Shown here piece after piece: positions 10,227 through 19,471 of a stretch of 64,000 bases of DNA. This stretch comes from Amoebidium appalachense. Taxonomy: Eukaryota > Protista > Ichthyosporea. Under the pieces are notes generated by a model. It had not been told where the DNA came from. It made no database searches and saw only the letters and a list, made by a program, of their open reading frames with translations. The stretch covers positions 9,204,468-9,268,467 of the forward strand of contig CAVNZM010000004.1 in the NCBI GenBank assembly GCA_963693365.1, given 5' to 3'. The position numbers and the translations under genes were made by a program. The stretch's first letter is position 1; each line of letters starts with the position of its first letter.

Positions 10227-12723
10227 GTCGGGAGCCTGGTGGTGTCGTTAGACAAGCAAACCACCAGGCTGAGAGGCGATAAACAACCATCAGCGAGATT
10301 TTGTGTGCGCCGAGCTGCTGAACAGAACAGAGCAAGGACGGTAGAATAGAGTTGTGCATGTCTATGAGCACTTCTTCATTTGCCAAAACGGAAATTCATG
10401 CAGCATTCTTCTGTGATTTCATTTTCGTGGCGAAGATTATTGCAGAGTGTGTGCGAATTGTTCGCTTCGTCTCTGTGCTTGGCTTTTCTGTAGAAGTAGT
10501 ATTTTTCTTTTTGGGAATTTTTCCTTTTTAGGATACTCCCGCAGATTCGTTTTCAATTGCGAGTAATTTGGTTGTGTGGATGAATGATCATACCAAACAT
10601 TCGATAATGAATATAACTCAAGCCTTAGGTCACTTCGTAGCTCAGGTAGTGGTGGATAGCTTCAAGGCTTAGCCGCTGCTCCTTATCCCGGTTCTACCTT
10701 AAGACTGTAAGCCGAGATACCATGGCCGGAAAAGCCACTTCTTTCATGAACAAAGAGCACTTCTTTCCTTTCAGCTTTAACCCTGCATCATCGGAGCTGG
10801 GAAAAACAGAATAAAAATGCCCTTAGTGTTCTTCGTTGGGTGACATAAAGAAATCTATCAGCCCGTTAGAACCAGTAAAAACCCGATTCATAATTCATAA
10901 GAAGAGGGTAGGCAAAGCAAGCCTTCTTCAGAAAACACATGCTTCCATTCGTGAGCAGTTTTCGTATCCCATTTGCCAGCCATTTTCGTTGAGCAGGGGG
11001 ATTCCAGGCATAATACATTCTTCTGGAGGCTTGGCCTAAAAAGAAAAGTCGTCACAGTCGCCCTTTCTTTTGTAAGCAACTTCGTGAGCGCGCTTCGTGT
11101 TTTCATATCCTCCAGTGCAGGTCTGGATGGTGCCCCATCCTCTGCTTCATTTGTAGGTGGCCCTACTGTTGGTTCTGTTCGTTGTGTGGAAAACCAAAAC
11201 CATTCGTGTTCGTGGAACTGCTTTGTGCTGTGCTTTCTTTCGTGTTGGTGTTCATGAAGTTACCCCGTTCACACACCCTACTTCTTACATACAGTAGATG
11301 TAAGTAGCTGCCTGGTGAGTGTGTGGTCGTGTTCGTGGCATTCTTCTGTTCCTTCGTGAGAAGAATATTCGTTTTAGCAGAGGTGCCCAATAAGGCAGCT
11401 GTGGGGTTGTCTCCCGCATGTGCCCATTGGTGGGGTATGCACGTGCTAAATTGTTACAGTGTCATCATATTGCAAGGGAATAACATGGTCACCTCCGTAC
11501 CAGGGCCTAGTAGGTACACATGATGGTCCGATGTGTTAGTCAACAACACCTTGCATTCGTATTCGTATTTGTCTTCCACGTCACTTTCTTCAGTAGTGAA
11601 GGAGGGTATTCGTAATTCGAAACTGAAAGGCTTCCAGCCAAAATACTGACACTGTATGCTGGGGTTGTGAGGGAACGGTGCCCATACCACATTCTTTTGT
11701 TTTCTTTATTCTGGTGGGGGTGTGCCGGCAGCAATTTTAATTTGCATGCAGGTATTTCAGGCTTTACAGCATAGTTCGTATGTTATAGTATTTGTACAGT
11801 ATTGCCACACACTGGCAGTTACCTGTAAATTCGTACCCCACAGCTTCGTTTGTTTCGCATGCACGAACAAAAGTTCTGCATCGACTTTATTACATGCCTT
11901 CTGTGCACCAAGAGTGCAAATTCGTTGTTGCATGGCACCAGGAAGGGCCATACATGAGCCATATGTTCGTAATGTGTTTAGGCATGCCAGCATACATTCA
12001 TGCGCATGTTGTGCATCCTGTGCGCTAAACTATGGGGCATGCTGTATTCGACAACAGCAAGAAATTCGAAGCATGCATGCAAAACTACTTTCACAGCACC
12101 TTATGTCCTACATGCTATAGGAACAGCGACTATCTTCTTCCTTAAATGCATTCGTGCTGAAAGTGGCCGTGCATCTGGGTTGCGAGTGTGGACGTGCACG
12201 TGGTGGCATGGACACGATGACAGTGTGCAATAGCGCAATGCACGCAAGGGCAACGGTTTTCTTTTCTTCGTAACATAGAGGGGGCCGTGTGCATTGCAAC
12301 CTAAGCAGTGTTGTGCATTCGTTCTTTTCATTTTCGTGTTTCCATTTCATTTTGCTTTCGTTTTTCGTTTTTCGTCGTTTCATAACTTCGTTAAGGCTTC
12401 GTTTTATTTTCGTGTTGCGTTTATTTCGTATTTCCTCTAGGCATTCGTTTGTCGTTAATTCGTTATTTCGTTGTGTATTCGTGATGGTTGGTTAACATTT
12501 CGTTGGTTCATTGCTTCGTTAGTAATTCTTTAATCGTTTGTTCGTGTATTCGTTTTTCTTCGCGTTTTTTATGTGTCGTAGTATAAGGTGGTTTTCATGC
12601 TTTCAATTCTTTCCGTGTTCTTAGAGGTGGGCTGGCCACTTCAAACTTGTCGATGTATATATTCTAAGCCGGACAAGGAAGATGTGCCTATAATCGGGGT
12701 AAAAAGGATTGTGATCGGCCATG

Positions 12724-12806
12724 GGAGATTCTTGAGCTGATTGAAAGATGTGAGATTCTTGAACTGATTGAAAGATGTGAGATTCGAAGGATGCGAGATT
12801 CTTGAA
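12724..12806. repeat. ~27-bp tandem repeat (GAGATTCTTGAACTGATTGAAAGATGT) just inside the PBS
   Basis: About two full copies plus partial copies are visible. Confidence 0.8.
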
Positions 12807-12820
12807 CTGCGCGGTCGCCA
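12807..12820 (-). promoter_or_regulatory. Primer-binding site TGGCGACCGCGCAG, probably complementary to a tRNA-Arg 3' end
   Basis: Starts 1 nt inside the 5' LTR with TGG. Its complement ...CGCGGTCG-CCA fits the GACCGCG-type acceptor stem of eukaryotic tRNA-Arg. The tRNA identity is inferred. Confidence 0.75.
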
Positions 12821-12821
12821 A

Positions 12822-13301
12822 TGTAAACAGTTGGACTAGTTAGGATAAGGCAGAGTACAACTGAATCAAAATAAAGACAGAGAACGGGTAGAAAGGCACA
12901 CGCGGCCAGGTTGCTTTTACTATGGGCCGACTCAGTCTGTCTCAGACTTCACTGATGTGATCCCCGTACTGGGACGGCTTTGTTATATAGCCCCCAGGTT
13001 TCGGATCAAGGCCCAGGATTGGTTCATCCGCGGCCAGCGCGGGTGGCAACATGCCATTCGTGATTCTGGTGCGGTCCGAGCCAGGCAGACCTTTGTCCTA
13101 TTTATGCAAACCTCTTATTGGTTCACTTCGTTTATGTGGTATGCAGCTGAAGAACCATATATGGTTCAATTCTTAGGTCAGAGTGAGTCCTATTGGTGCG
13201 GACATAATATTTATGTGATATTCATGACAAAGCACGAATCGTGTGGTAGTAGATCACATTCTTTAGTAAACATGTACAGTTCAGGTGTACAGTTGTTTAC
13301 A
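12822..13301 (-). repeat. 5' LTR (480 bp)
   Basis: Direct repeat of 9736-10215. Confidence 0.95.
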
Positions 13302-13390
13302 GTACGCTGAGCGGGGTGGTAACTGATGTAGATGCAGTATTGTGTAGCTTTAGTTTTGGATTGGCTTGCAGGGTCATGGCAGGGCAAAAC

Positions 13391-13799
13391 ACGTAGGGCT
13401 ACCTTTCCGTAAAACGGTTTTTTGCAGTTTCCTTATATGGGCAATCCGATCGAACCGGATTCGATCTGGACCAATCATAAATATCCGTGGACAAAGTTTT
13501 CCTCTACTACACGTAGGGCTACCTTTCTCGTATTGCATTCGTTTGGCAAACTTTGAACAGTTGCGTCACGAAAGGTAGCCCTACGTAACGTCCGGCCAGT
13601 AGACATCTGACGTCATCGCGAGTCATTGCATTCGTTTGGCAAACTTTGAACAGTTGCGTCACGAAAGGTAGCCCTACGTGTAGTAGAGGAAAACTTTGTC
13701 CACGGATATTTATGATTGGTCCAGATCGAATCCGGTTCGATCGGATTGCCCATATAAGGAAACTGCAAAAAACCGTTTTACGGAAAGGTAGCCCTACGT
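13391..13799. repeat. Palindrome centre: five copies of ACGTAGGGCTACCTTTC (2 forward, 3 reverse) and a 55-bp direct duplication
   Basis: Forward copies at 13391-13407 and 13511-13527. Reverse copies at 13570-13586, 13663-13679 and 13783-13799. 13532-13586 repeats at 13625-13679. Confidence 0.92.
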
Positions 13800-13993
13800 G
13801 TTTTGCCCTGCCATGACCCTGCAAGCCAATCCAAAACTAAAGCTACACAATACTGCATCTACATCAGTTACCACCCCGCTCAGCGTACAACACCGGATCA
13901 ATACATCAGCTGCCTGCCAAAAAGTCTGAAAACACGTTCTAATGTTATCAGTATAACTAATGCCTACTACGCATGCAATTGTTAACAAATGTG

Positions 13994-15094
13994 TCACTGT
14001 TCGTGATCGTTGTCTGACCAATCCATTGGTTCACTCCCAGAGTCTTCTTGCACGTTGGCGAAAATATGTCCATCTCGTTCTACAAAATCCTCCTGTTGCT
14101 GGCAATCGTGAGGATGATAGTGCACGCCCGGTCCAAAACGATAACGATACTTCGCCGTGATATCACTTGGCGGTATCCATTGCGTGTCCTGAACCACATC
14201 CATTTTTCTCTGTCTCCGAACGTCGGCACAGTACCTCATGACGTCCCGATAAGTTCCATGTGTGTTTCTCGCCGCTTCCAACAAGGACTCATACGCATAG
14301 TATACGCACTGCGACCCCCCATGATCAAAAAACATCCGAACCACATCTTCCCTCGTTACTGTGTATGGACGGTGGATGGTTTGCCATCCCAAAATTCCCA
14401 ACCTCTCGGCATCAAATGCTTTTCCATACCCAGCTGTCATCATTTCTCCACTGACAGCGAATCGACCAGACTGCAGCATGAGCCATAGAACTTCTGGCAA
14501 TGGCGGGCACTGGACCGGCCACATATAGTAATGATAGAACCCATATGCAAGTTTCAAGATAGATTTCCTGGAAATGATCTGCTTCCCTTCTGTCCAATCT
14601 TTCTTGTGGATTGCATATTTTGCATTGGCGCGATTCACTTCGTCATCTGACACGTCCAACAGAAACAATCTGAAATCTGGATCTCCCGTATCTTTCGCAA
14701 CATAGGCGATCATCTGCTCAAATGTTTGCCCGCCTGTCTCATTCAATCGCTTGGCACTTATCCGCATTGAAATATTTTCATCATCCTCTGGCGGATTAAT
14801 ATAACTCTTCAACTCTTTCTTCAGAGTACTAACACCTTTCCTGCCACCAGGGATCCGAATTTTCCACACAGCCTGAACATGCAAATTACCCGCACTTTTC
14901 CCCCGCTCCAACGCAGTAGCTCCCTTCACAGCAAATTGCCTCGCAAAATTACACGCATGATCGTACCACACTGCGGGCACATTCCCACCCGCATTGGTTA
15001 TGTTCAGGCTTATGCTCGCAACTGCATATTCACTAGTACCACAAGGAGGCTGTACAACTTTCTTCTGCTTTGCTCTGCTTCGCTTCGGCGGCAT
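13994..15094 (-). CDS. Replitron transposase, second copy (protein identical to 8525..9625)
   Basis: Identical 366-aa translation, with two synonymous nucleotide differences. Confidence 0.88.
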   Translation of the reverse strand: MPPKRSRAKQKKVVQPPCGTSEYAVASISLNITNAGGNVPAVWYDHACNFARQFAVKGATALERGKSAGNLHVQAVWKIRIPGGRKGVSTLKKELKSYINPPEDDENISMRISAKRLNETGGQTFEQMIAYVAKDTGDPDFRLFLLDVSDDEVNRANAKYAIHKKDWTEGKQIISRKSILKLAYGFYHYYMWPVQCPPLPEVLWLMLQSGRFAVSGEMMTAGYGKAFDAERLGILGWQTIHRPYTVTREDVVRMFFDHGGSQCVYYAYESLLEAARNTHGTYRDVMRYCADVRRQRKMDVVQDTQWIPPSDITAKYRYRFGPGVHYHPHDCQQQEDFVERDGHIFANVQEDSGSEPMDWSDNDHEQ

Positions 15095-15131
15095 TGTAAA
15101 AACTGAGCGTCAAATATCGTGTTGCTGCATT

Positions 15132-16718
15132 GGGGTTTACACACTTTTTATTGCGTGGACATTGCCGGAGGCCCAGCCACATTCGACGGCCTACTGCGTT
15201 TTCCAGCACAGCCAATCAAATGCAGCCAGTGACATATGTACATGCTAGGCAACAATGAGCGCCATCGTAGGATCTGACACCCCTATTACATATTATGGGT
15301 AAGCAGATGCTAGCATCGGTAGCTCCGACAGAAAGTTAAGGCACCGGATCACAATATCATACTGTGCAGCATTAATAAGGTGATCTAGGATAGTCATCTT
15401 AAAACGGATATATTGAGGAAGAGATGAAGAAAAGAGAATAAAACCGCCAATAACCTCCGGTTCTAATACATTAGCTAACAGGTTGCATTTATTGATAGAT
15501 ATGCAGCCGCGAGTAAACCGCCCCCCACACATATTACACATACGAGCAGGAGACACCAGAAACCGATTACACCGCCAAGCCATAATCATCTTTGCGTTTT
15601 TACACCACACCACATTACGAATAAACGAATCTATGTATGAACGAGACTCTCTAACCGTATCCGCCATATAGGCTACTAGTAGTTGGTGTTTGTGCGGTCC
15701 TAACACCGGAAGGGACTCAACACGTAGAGTAAAAAGATATCTATCAGCCATAGACTTGAAACTATTCATATTCACACTATGATCTAGCCGTACCTCCGGG
15801 GGGGTCGCCAGCCATTCCACATAGCGCTCGGCAATGGGCAGAGACGATGGGGAAGGGAAGAGGTACAGGGGCGAATCCGGCGGGGATGCGTGTAGCCGGA
15901 AGAGCGGGTGGTCCGGGGCACAAGCGGACAGGCGGGTGATGTGCTCGTGAAATTTAAGGGCTAATTCGTGTACGCGTTGTGATGGTGGTGTGAGTGCGTA
16001 GAGAGAATCAAAAAGGCGTCTAGGGATAGGTGTGGAAAGACCAGTGAGAAACATACAACAAGTTGTGTAATGGAAATCATCTAATGATTTGAGGACATTA
16101 GTAACAGTATCAGGGGGTGCCATAGCTAGTAAGGGCAACCCGTATTCCGACAAAGGGCGAATATATGTGCGAAATATACTAAGACGATTGTATAGGTGGA
16201 CAGTATGAGAAAGAGAAGCAAGATACACATCCCGAAATAACCGAAGACACCTGCCTGCACTCTCCACCCGACGGTCGATCATCCGTTTGAAACATATGCC
16301 CCATTCGTCCACCGGAATCCCCAAATACTTGTATTCGATTGGGCGAGGGAGGGGACTGCCGAAAATACAAACGTCGTCCCATGCCGGTATCGATTTTGAT
16401 AAAAGGGCACACTTTTTGACATTAATCTGCATATCGTTGCGCTGGCACCAATGTTCAACCACACGAATGTATTGCCGTAGTTCGAGAGGATCGGATGACA
16501 TAAGCACAATATCGTCGGCAAAAAAGAGGGCGGGAGGAGCCTGGGATGGCAACCCCCCGTCAATTTGTGCCGCAGAAAGAGTGTCGGCTAAATCATCAAT
16601 ATACAGGTTGAAAAGAAGAGGACTTAGCAGGGACCCTTGAAGTACCCCGCGCGTGCGGGTAAACCCTGGGGATAGCCGCCCATTAACCACCGCTCGTCCG
16701 CGTGTAAACGTAAACATA
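15132..16718 (-). mobile_element. 5'-truncated non-LTR retrotransposon (LINE), 1587 bp
   Basis: 8-bp TSD GCTGCATT at 15124-15131 and 16719-16726. The empty site AATGCAGC is in the left arm near 8488-8495. It has a partial RT ORF and a 3' UTR with AATAAA, and ends in TAAACCCC. Confidence 0.93.
15293..16717 (-). CDS. Truncated LINE reverse transcriptase (RT motifs 4-7, thumb, Cys-rich C-terminus), uninterrupted frame
   Basis: GVLQGSLLSPLLFNLYIDD, FFADDI, INVKKC, YKYLG, IRPLSEYG, and C-terminal CNMC..C..C. The endonuclease and RT N-terminal motifs are absent. Confidence 0.85.
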   Translation of the reverse strand: MFTFTRGRAVVNGRLSPGFTRTRGVLQGSLLSPLLFNLYIDDLADTLSAAQIDGGLPSQAPPALFFADDIVLMSSDPLELRQYIRVVEHWCQRNDMQINVKKCALLSKSIPAWDDVCIFGSPLPRPIEYKYLGIPVDEWGICFKRMIDRRVESAGRCLRLFRDVYLASLSHTVHLYNRLSIFRTYIRPLSEYGLPLLAMAPPDTVTNVLKSLDDFHYTTCCMFLTGLSTPIPRRLFDSLYALTPPSQRVHELALKFHEHITRLSACAPDHPLFRLHASPPDSPLYLFPSPSSLPIAERYVEWLATPPEVRLDHSVNMNSFKSMADRYLFTLRVESLPVLGPHKHQLLVAYMADTVRESRSYIDSFIRNVVWCKNAKMIMAWRCNRFLVSPARMCNMCGGRFTRGCISINKCNLLANVLEPEVIGGFILFSSSLPQYIRFKMTILDHLINAAQYDIVIRCLNFLSELPMLASAYP

Positions 16719-18104
16719 GCTGCATTATATACTACCGCCAGATCTACGTTTATATATACCCGCCAAAAGAATTGAATGGTTTTTATCCAATTATACAACT
16801 TCAAACCACTACCCAATGGTATCGCCCGGTTGTGCAAGCTACAGATGTAATTAACGCTTATTAGCTAACTTTCACAACCGGGCCCTCCGACTGGTTCACT
16901 ATCACGGCTCACGAGGCCACTTCTGCAACTTCCACGACCGAAGAATCTGACTGGTCCCCTACTGACGACGTCATTAGCGCAAGTTTCACAACCGCGCAAC
17001 CCGATTCGCCACATAAACCTCCCCAGACCCACGCCTTCCGTATCGTGCTCTACCTAGCGCCCGCCGCCGCCTGACCGCCCTACGTAAGGCTTACGTAAGG
17101 CCCTGCGCAGGCCTCCCCCCAAACCTCCATATCGTGGTCTGGCCCCCCCCGACCCCACCGCCTTACGTAACCCCGGCCCCGCGCCAGCCAACCAAACGGC
17201 CCGGTTGTGGAAGAAGGCCGAATCTGCCGGGGGGCCCCCTACGGGTAAGATTCTCCCTCCCTCTACAAAGTACAGCATCTTTTACACCCCCATTCTAAGA
17301 TGTTAGCAATTTGTAGAAAGATCAAAAAGGGGTGGGGGAGGGGGAGGGGGAGACGGAGGGAAGCCGGTAAAGGCCTTGTAACTTCCGTGTTTAGAAATTT
17401 TTTGCGTCTGCTTGATAGCAGAACGAAGAGTTTACTTGGTTTCCCATACCAACGAAAAAAGTGGCACTGTGTGTGTGCCACAAAAGCCTGGGAAAAAGTT
17501 TGTGTTTGGAGGCGAGTGCGAAGCGTCAAGTGGGCGCAAATGCACCCTTATGTGTGTCCTCGTGTGTGAGATGCAAGTTCCGTGTGAAGGTGTGCATGTG
17601 CGTGCGCGCGGCACGCGTGTGTGTGGGTGCCAATGTGTTTGTGTTGCATTCAAGGTTTTTTAGCTCGAAACACACCGTTTCAGTGGTTAGAAGCAAGTGT
17701 AAAATGGTTGCTTTCGAAAAAATTTCGCTCATTTACAAAACACACCGTTACAGTGGTTAAACAGTACTTGTTAAGAGGTTACATTCCTAGCAAGTGTTGT
17801 TCACGTCGTTATCGTTGAAGTGGTTACGGTATACATTATTTGTGTACGTACACGTGGTTGGTTGGCACATTGGTGGCAGCGGAAAACGGCTACGTTCACA
17901 ATCTATATTGTCGGCTACTGACCATGCAAGCTACGTGATATCTACAAAACATTTCAGAAGTTCTTTTCCGAGCATTAGAATAGATTAAAATCTATTATGG
18001 TGAATTAGTTTTACACGTGTAAGAGAGTTTCTAAGGCAAATCCACCTCATGTTCCAGGGGCCTAGGTGGGCCTCGTTTCGTTTGCTTGGGTGCTTATGAA
18101 ACAC

Positions 18105-19037
18105 TTAAAACCATTCGTGTGCATACACACCAGCTAGGCGCACTTTCTCCAACAAATCTACACAGGCTTGACGGGGAATGTCAGGCCTCAAACCTCCCCA
18201 GAAGTTACCGTGGCATTCCAGGAAGAGCTCATCAATCAAGCCGATGCTGCCTTCTGCCATCATTTTTTCCAAAACCTTAAACTCTGAGCTTTCGATGTCC
18301 ATTTTCATGACCACAAAGTCTTCCTTGTGCACGTTTTCCTTCAGCCAACGCGAAAAATCGATCGACTTAACCGGTGTGCCCGCATGTTTGTGCTGGTCTT
18401 CCCCGTTGTATGCTTCGTTAACAGCAGCTTGCACCCCGAAGGTAACCGTTCCATCTTCCGTCCACACAGCCGCTTGCACAAACTCCTTTACGGGCAGGTT
18501 TGGGCCTATTTTGCCCTCGAACGTACTAAAACTAGTAGAAGTAGCATCGAAGGCATAAATCTCGAACTTGTAGTCGGCTACCAGCACGCCCGGATAGTGC
18601 GAAAGGAACCATGAGCCCACGGATGATTCAAACTCGCGTGCGCCGACGTCCAGGTAAACATGGCGCTTGAAATGAGACAGGCTAACGAGAGTTGGGTAGT
18701 AGACGATTGTTGCTAGGTAGCCGTTGATTTGCTCGAAGGTGTTGACCGGCTCCTTGACAATGGGCTCTTGGTTTGCTAGTGCAAACTTGTGTTGTGTTTC
18801 ATAGCTCCTATCTCCAGCTAGGGTCACAGCTTGCATGTCTCGCAGCTGGCGCATGCGCACCCCTGTGCCCACTAATTCATAGGCAAAATCCTGTCTTGGC
18901 TTGCTAACAGCTAATTCAGATGCTGGACAGTGTGTTAGACTTGTGCTACTGAACAGCAAAACCGCTACGCCCAGAAGCAACGCTACAGCAAGAACCTGGT
19001 GCCTGGTGCCTAGGCTGCTGGAAAATGTAGCTGCCAT
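18105..19037 (-). CDS. FkbM-like SAM-dependent methyltransferase, type II membrane or secreted, intronless
   Basis: N-terminal hydrophobic anchor. YLDVGAR, AVWTEDG, IDFSRWL, VVMKMDIESSEF, IDELFLECH. Confidence 0.88.
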   Translation of the reverse strand: MAATFSSSLGTRHQVLAVALLLGVAVLLFSSTSLTHCPASELAVSKPRQDFAYELVGTGVRMRQLRDMQAVTLAGDRSYETQHKFALANQEPIVKEPVNTFEQINGYLATIVYYPTLVSLSHFKRHVYLDVGAREFESSVGSWFLSHYPGVLVADYKFEIYAFDATSTSFSTFEGKIGPNLPVKEFVQAAVWTEDGTVTFGVQAAVNEAYNGEDQHKHAGTPVKSIDFSRWLKENVHKEDFVVMKMDIESSEFKVLEKMMAEGSIGLIDELFLECHGNFWGGLRPDIPRQACVDLLEKVRLAGVYAHEWF

Positions 19038-19471
19038 GTTTTAGATGTGCACCACACAGGGCTGCGTCTATTTGCTTGTAAGAAGCACTACACTGTTCAG
19101 GAACATCGTTACAAGAACGTGCACATGTTGCAGTGTTGCTTGTTCTGGTTTCCTTGTTTCTTTGTAATTGTTGTCTGTTGTGTGTTCAAAAACGTGCGGT
19201 GCGTTTAGGCCTCAGGAGCATAAATTTGCCCCGGGGCCGTGCAGCGTGGATCTACGTTGCTAGTAAACGCGAACGCATGCATGCCTGTGCGCGGCAAGTT
19301 GTGTGTGCGCGCGTGCACGTGTGTTCGGGGGGGTGTAACTTTGTTTGATGTTCTACAAAAGATGCTCTCGGCACATACAAAGGCTACATAGGGGAGACTG
19401 TACCCACACGACACACCTGTGTAATTCCCAGCCCAATCAGTGCTTGGTAGCTCATACAATAGTCTAAAAAC

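Larger units (their letters stand above)
9736..13301 (-). mobile_element. Non-autonomous LTR retrotransposon (3566 bp; LARD/TRIM-like) nested in the 3' region of the left Replitron
   Basis: Two 480-bp LTRs with TGTAAACA...TGTTTACA ends and a 5-bp TSD GTACG (9731-9735, 13302-13306). PBS and PPT define the minus orientation. The empty site is present in the sister arm near 13884-13888. No gag/pol ORF. Confidence 0.95.
6918..13527 (+). mobile_element. Replitron-type HUH transposon, left copy (1986 bp after removing two nested insertions)
   Basis: Reverse-complement match to 13663-17243 starts at 6918 (CGTAGGGGGCCCC). It encodes an HUH Y1 transposase, has no per-copy TIRs, and carries a CGTAGG(G) direct repeat at the 5' end and in the 3' repeats. 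Confidence 0.85.
13532..17243 (-). mobile_element. Replitron-type HUH transposon, right copy (inverted), interrupted by a LINE fragment
   Basis: 13663-17243 minus the LINE and one TSD is 1986 bp and matches the left arm with 4 substitutions seen. It carries extra 3' repeat units at 13532-13662. Confidence 0.85.

Noticed and set aside
9871-13310. Duplicated 117-126 aa ORFs (MIPVLGRL...)
   Set aside because: Incidental GTG-start frames within the two LTRs.
13994-16837. A native retroelement encoding both RT and an HUH endonuclease
   Set aside because: The RT segment is bounded by an 8-bp TSD, is 5'-truncated and is absent from the sister arm, so it is a secondary insertion. The first 40 aa of the 514-aa ORF call are Replitron 5' sequence starting at TTG.
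6918-17243. Inverted duplication as an assembly, fold-back read or MDA chimera artefact
   Set aside because: The arms differ by three independent insertions with proper TSDs and by 4 substitutions, and the flanks on each side are unique. An artefact would copy one arm exactly.
6918-17243. DIRS-like element or Polinton/Maverick with long inverted terminal repeats
   Set aside because: No tyrosine recombinase, integrase or polB. The inverted arms are entire gene-containing copies.
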